A stretch of 51,558 nt of DNA from Candidatus Sericytochromatia bacterium (GTDB taxonomy: Bacteria; Cyanobacteriota; Sericytochromatia; S15B-MN24; UBA4093), in the NCBI GenBank assembly GCA_036676495.1, contig JAKFCT010000060.1:1-51558 (forward strand), written 5' to 3'. The notes under the pieces are model-generated. The model was given only the letters and a program-made list of their open reading frames with translations. It had not been told where the DNA came from and did no database searches. Positions 46,710 through 51,558 of this stretch are shown piece by piece. Within the stretch, counting starts at the first letter, position 1; each line of letters opens with the position of its first letter. The position numbers and the translations under genes were made by a program.

Positions 46710-46997
46710 CTAGACCTTCGCCATCGCGGCGTACTTCTCCTGGATCATCTTCATGATGTCGCGGATGGTGTCCGGCAGGCTCTGGATGGCCTTGAGCTCG
46801 GTTTCGTAGCGCTTCTTGGCGGAAGGGTTGACGGCGTGCCAGATGCCGCGGCCCAGGCTCTTGACGCCCAGGAAGCCGGAATCCGACATATCGGCGGCGC
46901 GCTGCTGGGCATCGGCGATGGCGCCAGCGGCCGTGTGCGTGGTCCGGACGATGTCCATCCCGCGGTAATTCGAGCCTCCTGCTCCAGAAACTCCCAT
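46710..46997 (-). CDS. Small helical hypothetical protein (95 aa)
   Basis: AAGGAGG RBS before ATG 46997 (MGVSGAGGSNY...); GC3-rich codons. Confidence 0.8.
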   Translation of the reverse strand: MGVSGAGGSNYRGMDIVRTTHTAAGAIADAQQRAADMSDSGFLGVKSLGRGIWHAVNPSAKKRYETELKAIQSLPDTIRDIMKMIQEKYAAMAKV

Positions 46998-47077
46998 GGC
47001 AACCTCCTTCATCCGACCCTGGCCCCCGAGGGGGTGCGGTCCTGATTCCGCGGGCGCTTGCCCGTCTGCTAGGTGTT

Positions 47078-47105
47078 TTATGCCCGCGATCGCCCGGGAT
47101 CTTGC
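47078..47105 (-). promoter_or_regulatory. Putative promoter GCAAG-N15-GGGCATAA
   Basis: About 80 nt upstream of ATG 46997; both boxes identical to the 49532 site. Confidence 0.55.
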
Positions 47106-47188
47106 CCGGGTTCATCGCTTTCCAATCAAGTTTTAATGGAGTCCAAACAGTCGCAAACCCCCACGGCCGTGAAGCCGCTCGCCGGGCG

Positions 47189-49459
47189 CTAGGGACCCAC
47201 GATTCCCCGGCTGGTCGGCAGGTAGACCTTGGCGTTGTCCCGGTCGATGAAGGGCGGAGCGTTCACCATGAGGCCGGTCTGGGCCAGCGGCACCGATCCC
47301 ACCAGGACGTTGGGGACGCGCTCCCAGGCATTCCCATCCTTGATGGGAACCCTCACGATCTCGCGGGTGGCTCCGTTCAAGGTCGTCGACGAGTAGAGAT
47401 AATGCCCGTCGGTCGAGAGGATCTCACCGACTTTCGCCCCCTCGAACTGGTTGCTCACGATGGGCTTCCAGCCCTTCGCGGTGACACGGCAGAGGCGGGT
47501 ATCCGTCCCTCCCAGGTTGAGCCACGCAAAGGCGTAGCCGTTCACCGCGAAGGGATGCAGGAAGTACGGCTTGATCGCCTGAGTCTTGCCATCGGGAAGG
47601 ACCAGCAGATCCGCGTAATCCTTCCACAACTGCTCGCTCAACGAGGCGTACTTGACCCGGTTGCTGCCGACGGCGAGCAAATTCCGCCCCTCGCTGACGT
47701 AGACGGGATAGAAGTTCGCCTGGCCCGGCGCCGCTTGCGTCCAGTCACTCGTGACGTCGAGCGGACGATAGAACACCGCCTCCTGGCTCAGGAGCGACGT
47801 GGCCACGAAGAGGCGCCCCTTGCTGAAGAAGACCTTGTCTGCCTTGGGCTTGGCGCTACTCGGCAAGCTTTTCTGGATCAGGCTCCAGCTTCCCCCCTGG
47901 AAGAGATAGAAATCGACCGTGTCGCCGTACGCAACGGTCGCCGCATGGCCGTAGAGCGAGGAGAAGAGCATGGCTCGGCGGCCGGGATTTCCCAGTTCGA
48001 AGGGAACCCATTTCCCCCCCTGGTACGTGTAGGTCCCGAAGGCCGTCTGCACGTACGTCTGCGTGCCGATGCGGACGACCTTATCCACCGAGGCGCGGTT
48101 CAACTCGACGGACTCTTGCAGCCAACCCACCGTCCCCTGGGCATACGCGGCCGGCCCCCGAGTCAGAGGCGACAGGCTCTCGAGGATCAAGGGATAGCCG
48201 AAAAGCCCCTCGTTTCCCGCCAGGTAGATGCGAGAGCCATCCGTCGCGAAGCTGTTCCTGCCCTCCAGGGTGACCGACAGGACGTTTCCATCCACCTTCT
48301 TGGCGGTAACGGCCTCCCACTTGGAGTAGATGTTCACATCGCGCCGGTGGAAGACCTCAGGTCCTCGAGACGGGAGCGAACGGTAGGCGTAAAAGCGCCC
48401 TAGCTGCTTGACCAAGCCCTTGAAGTTGTCCTGGTAGGCTCCCGTGTACGGATCGTCCAGCGCATAACGCATCAGCGCCGAAGAATGCCCATCTCCGTAG
48501 AGCAGGTGATTCGTCGCGTTGAGCCCCCAGAAACGGTAGCCCCCGGAGATTCCCGGATTCTGGTAACTCCGGATCACCTTCGTGGGAAAATTGGCCGGCT
48601 GGAAGGAAAGTCCCGCGTAATTGTTCTCGGCATTCAAGTAGGCGTAGCCATTCCCCCCATCGGGCGTCCCTTCGGGCAGGAACTTCACCATGTACGGGGC
48701 GGAGGTGTTCGTCGTCTTGAGCAGCACGATCAGGTCCTTGCTCGTGCTTTCCGCATCCACGGAAAGATCAACGAAGCGCTCGCCGATATTCGAATCGCGG
48801 CGCAGGTCGACGATGGGCCCGACCCAACTCGAGCCATCCCAGCGGTAGAGGAAATCCTCGGTGGCCGCGAAGGCGAAGCCGGGCCCGCCGGCCACCGCGA
48901 CGATTCCGCGGGGAAGGGTGCTCTGCTGCCAGTCGCTGCTGCCTTCCTTCGCCTGATAGACCCGCTCCTCGCGATCATCCGCCGAAATGACCGTCTCGTT
49001 CGAGTCGTTCACGAAGAAGAGCCAGTTCCCGTCGCTGAAGAGGCGCGTGGGATACTTGCCGCGATGCGAGGGCAGCGTCTGTTGATCCGACCAGGGCGGC
49101 GGCGTGGCGTTCTTGGTGACGACCCGGTAGTAGAAGCGTTCGCCTTGCTCGAGGAAGAACTTGTACCCGCCGTCCGGCTGGAGGGCCCCGTGGATCTGCT
49201 TGATCTTCTGGTCCCGGGGAGACTCGCCCTCCCTCAGGCTCCAACTCAGGCCCTGGATCGCGTCGAGCACGGGTTCTTCCGGCTGATCCGGAGGCTCGAA
49301 CTCAATGGCCGGCGAGGGTTCGGAGGCGGCCGGGGTCGCTCCCGAGCCGGAGGGGTCCTTGTCCTTGTCCTTCGAGGTGGAGAGCGGATTGCCCGTGCAC
49401 GCCATGAGGGACAGAGCCAATATGCTGGCGACGAATCCGCTGATTTGCCTGCTGTTCAT
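47189..49459 (-). CDS. Large hypothetical lipoprotein (756 aa), probably beta-propeller rich
   Basis: MNSRQISGFVASILALSLMAC lipobox, Pro/Ser linker, aromatic beta repeats (LYRWDGSSW, YTYQGGKW, YLFQGGSW). Confidence 0.8.
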   Translation of the reverse strand: MNSRQISGFVASILALSLMACTGNPLSTSKDKDKDPSGSGATPAASEPSPAIEFEPPDQPEEPVLDAIQGLSWSLREGESPRDQKIKQIHGALQPDGGYKFFLEQGERFYYRVVTKNATPPPWSDQQTLPSHRGKYPTRLFSDGNWLFFVNDSNETVISADDREERVYQAKEGSSDWQQSTLPRGIVAVAGGPGFAFAATEDFLYRWDGSSWVGPIVDLRRDSNIGERFVDLSVDAESTSKDLIVLLKTTNTSAPYMVKFLPEGTPDGGNGYAYLNAENNYAGLSFQPANFPTKVIRSYQNPGISGGYRFWGLNATNHLLYGDGHSSALMRYALDDPYTGAYQDNFKGLVKQLGRFYAYRSLPSRGPEVFHRRDVNIYSKWEAVTAKKVDGNVLSVTLEGRNSFATDGSRIYLAGNEGLFGYPLILESLSPLTRGPAAYAQGTVGWLQESVELNRASVDKVVRIGTQTYVQTAFGTYTYQGGKWVPFELGNPGRRAMLFSSLYGHAATVAYGDTVDFYLFQGGSWSLIQKSLPSSAKPKADKVFFSKGRLFVATSLLSQEAVFYRPLDVTSDWTQAAPGQANFYPVYVSEGRNLLAVGSNRVKYASLSEQLWKDYADLLVLPDGKTQAIKPYFLHPFAVNGYAFAWLNLGGTDTRLCRVTAKGWKPIVSNQFEGAKVGEILSTDGHYLYSSTTLNGATREIVRVPIKDGNAWERVPNVLVGSVPLAQTGLMVNAPPFIDRDNAKVYLPTSRGIVGP

Positions 49460-49531
49460 CCTGTCCTCCCCTTGCGCGCTACCTGCATTATGTCCCAACC
49501 GAGCAGGCTTCTAACGCGCGCCGCCAAACGA

Positions 49532-49559
49532 GCAAGATATCCTCCTCATGCGGGCATAA
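49532..49559 (+). promoter_or_regulatory. Putative promoter GCAAG-N15-GGGCATAA
   Basis: About 42 nt upstream of ATG 49602. Confidence 0.55.
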
Positions 49560-49601
49560 TAGGAATAGAAGTCGTTGGCCGAAAGGCCATGGGAGGAATC
49601 A

Positions 49602-50936
49602 ATGGCCGATCGCGCAGGAAACCCGTTGCAACCCAACCCCTGGGGGGTTCCGGTAGTCGCCGCCCCGGCGCCGTACGCTCCTGCCGTCCAGCTTCCCCCT
49701 GCCGCGCAACCCCCGGTTGCCGTCCCGCCTCCGGTCGCCATCCCCCCGCAGGCATGGAGCCCGGACCAGGCCCAGTTCTCCCAGCAGGCGGTGCAAGCCG
49801 CCGCCACCAACCAGGCCCAGGCGACGGTCGTGCCGGCCTCCAACCCGCAGGGCTACACCCAGCTCTGGGCCGAAGCCCCGCAGACCCCCCTCTGGGAAGC
49901 CGCTTGGAAGAACGGGCCTTCGGTTCCGACCCAGGCCCCGCCGGTCGTCGCGGCCCCGCCCGTCTACACTCCGCCGGTCGTCCAGGTTCCGGTGCCACAG
50001 CCGGCCCCTCCTCCGGTCGTCCAGGCCCCCCTTCCTCAGCCTCCGGCGACGCCGGCCCCGGCCCCTGCGCCGGTGGTCCCGCCCAAGCCCGACGCCTCGT
50101 CCGCACCCATCGGCGGCCTCCCCCAAGCCCCGGAGCCCGAACCGGAGCCCGCGCCCGAACCCTACGCCACCGAAACCGCGTCCCGCCTGGGCGGACTTCC
50201 TGACGTGGCCGAACCCGAGCCGGAACCGGCTCCCGAGCCGGAGCCCGAAGCGCCCAGCCATACCGCCTCTCGCCTGGGCGGGCTTCCGACGACCGAGGAA
50301 GCCGAGCCGGCCCCCAAGCCTGAGCCCAAACCGGCCCCCAAGCCGGACGGCGTGAGCGGCCGTAGCTGGAAGGTCGTCGCCGACCCGCATGTCACCACCG
50401 GAGACGGCAAGCGCTTCGACGCCTCGCTGGCCGGACGCTTCACCTTGCTCCGTAGCTCGGACGGCAAGTTCGAGGTCCAGAACAAGCAGGATCAGATCCC
50501 GGGCGATCGCGGCATCTGGAACACCGCCCTCACCATCAAGAGCCATGGCGATACCGTCGCCTACGATGCCCCGAGCCAGGCCCTCACGGTCAACGGCAAG
50601 AAGGTGGACTTCAAGGCCGGCACCAAGCTCAAGCTCACCGACGGCGGACGCCTCGAGATGACCAACAGCGAATACTCCCCCGGCAAGTTCGCGCCCCGGG
50701 TCCAGGTGGTCACCCCGGAGGGCGATCGTGTGGCCTTCCTCATCCTCCAGCGCAAGAACGGCGGCCGCTACGTCGATCTCTACGGCAACATCGGCTCCAA
50801 GCGCCAGGCCGGCGAGATGAGCGGCATGGTCGGAGCCTTCGATGCCGACTCCAACGCGGAGAACGACCTCAAGCTTCGCAACGGCAAGACCGCTTCCAGC
50901 CTGGACGCCTTCCTCAAGGACTGGAAGGCCCCGTAA
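49602..50936 (+). CDS. Pro-rich protein with C-terminal von Willebrand factor type D (VWD)-like domain
   Basis: GGAGG RBS; about 260 aa rich in P/A/E/Q; VADPHVTTGDGKRFD...GRFTLLRS...SGMVGAFDADSNAENDL..W parallels VWD GDPHxxTFDG...GLCGNFD..ND. Confidence 0.8.
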   Translation: MADRAGNPLQPNPWGVPVVAAPAPYAPAVQLPPAAQPPVAVPPPVAIPPQAWSPDQAQFSQQAVQAAATNQAQATVVPASNPQGYTQLWAEAPQTPLWEAAWKNGPSVPTQAPPVVAAPPVYTPPVVQVPVPQPAPPPVVQAPLPQPPATPAPAPAPVVPPKPDASSAPIGGLPQAPEPEPEPAPEPYATETASRLGGLPDVAEPEPEPAPEPEPEAPSHTASRLGGLPTTEEAEPAPKPEPKPAPKPDGVSGRSWKVVADPHVTTGDGKRFDASLAGRFTLLRSSDGKFEVQNKQDQIPGDRGIWNTALTIKSHGDTVAYDAPSQALTVNGKKVDFKAGTKLKLTDGGRLEMTNSEYSPGKFAPRVQVVTPEGDRVAFLILQRKNGGRYVDLYGNIGSKRQAGEMSGMVGAFDADSNAENDLKLRNGKTASSLDAFLKDWKAP

Positions 50937-50957
50937 GCGTTCTGTGACCTCAAGACC

Positions 50958-50988
50958 AAGAGCGCCTCCCCGAAAGGGAGGCGCTCTT
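50958..50988. terminator. Bidirectional terminator hairpin
   Basis: AAGAGCGCCTCCC-CGAAA-GGGAGGCGCTCTT between convergent VWD genes. Confidence 0.85.
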
Positions 50989-50999
50989 CGTTTGAGAGG

Positions 51000-51558
51000 C
51001 TATCGCGTCGGGATCAGATCCTGGTTCGTGGGCACCCGCCAGAGCTCCAGGAACCGGTCGACGTAGGCCTGATCTTCGGAGATCTGGTTGTTCGCGCTCT
51101 TATTGGGGGCGTAGGTGATGGGGAAGATCGAGCCGTCCGGGCGGCGCAGGTCGTTGGTCGGATCGGTGTCCGCGTCGAACATCCCCAGCGACCCGAAAAC
51201 GGACCCCGAAGGCCGGCTCTTGGAGATCTCCCCCGCGAAGTCGATGTAGCCGTCGCGCTTCTCGATGGTGATCTTGTCGTCCTGCGGGGTGTTGACCGTG
51301 ATATTGCCATCCTTGCCCACGCTCACGTTGCCTCCGCCCGGAAGCGCGTAGGTGGAGCCGGGTGCGGTCGAGACCTTCTTGCCGTTGATGGAGAGCTGGT
51401 CACCCCGGATATCGTAGGAGACGGTGTTCTCGCCGACCTTGATGCCGGCGGCCTTGTTGAGCGTGGCACCGGCCCAGCGGCCCTGCTCGTCCTTCTCCTG
51501 GTACTTCTGAAGCTCGAGGTCCCCGCTGGCGCTCTTGAAGGCCGTGAAGGTCCCGGTC
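51000..51558 (-). CDS. Second VWD-like protein, 5' end beyond window
   Basis: Frame open to the window edge: GTFTAFKSASGDLELQKYQ...TVSYD...LSINGKKV...TPQDDKI...FGSLGMFDADTDPTNDLRRPDG...FLELWRVP, collinear with the preceding protein. Confidence 0.8.
   Translation of the reverse strand, partial: TGTFTAFKSASGDLELQKYQEKDEQGRWAGATLNKAAGIKVGENTVSYDIRGDQLSINGKKVSTAPGSTYALPGGGNVSVGKDGNITVNTPQDDKITIEKRDGYIDFAGEISKSRPSGSVFGSLGMFDADTDPTNDLRRPDGSIFPITYAPNKSANNQISEDQAYVDRFLELWRVPTNQDLIPTR

Overview
GC-rich bacterial chromosomal window. The PdxJ C-terminus ([11 protein letters not shown]...[12 protein letters not shown]) looks cyanobacterial and no photosynthesis genes are present, so a non-photosynthetic relative of Cyanobacteria such as Sericytochromatia is a plausible but unproven source. 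Contents: (i) two divergently oriented, complementary Tad/Flp loci. Locus A (1.1-4.8 kb, minus) has two Flp pilins, a prepilin peptidase and three large pseudopilins but no motor; locus B (12.6-21.0 kb, plus) has two different Flp pilins plus TadE/CpaB/CpaC/TadG/CpaE/CpaF/TadB/TadC but no peptidase. (ii) Housekeeping genes: DEAD-box helicase, miaE, an LpxL-family acyltransferase, pdxJ, htpX and a Zn-finger Clp ATPase. (iii) Unusual envelope and signalling proteins: a 2996-aa TPR solenoid with a Trp-Trp-marked super-repeat, two non-ATPase MshEN-type proteins, an orphan FlgE/F/G-like protein with rewritten D0 motifs, two convergent VWD-like proteins, several lipoproteins and small orphans. The main non-coding observation is a promoter-like motif, GCAAG-N14/15-GG(CG/GC)ATAA, found four times in the sense orientation upstream of the locus A pilins, two small-orphan units and the VWD protein. 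It is accompanied by TTAA-N7-TTAA boxes and suggests an alternative-sigma regulon for a surface or secretion programme. No rRNA, tRNA, CRISPR array or transposase was recognised. All family assignments are by eye, not from database searches.
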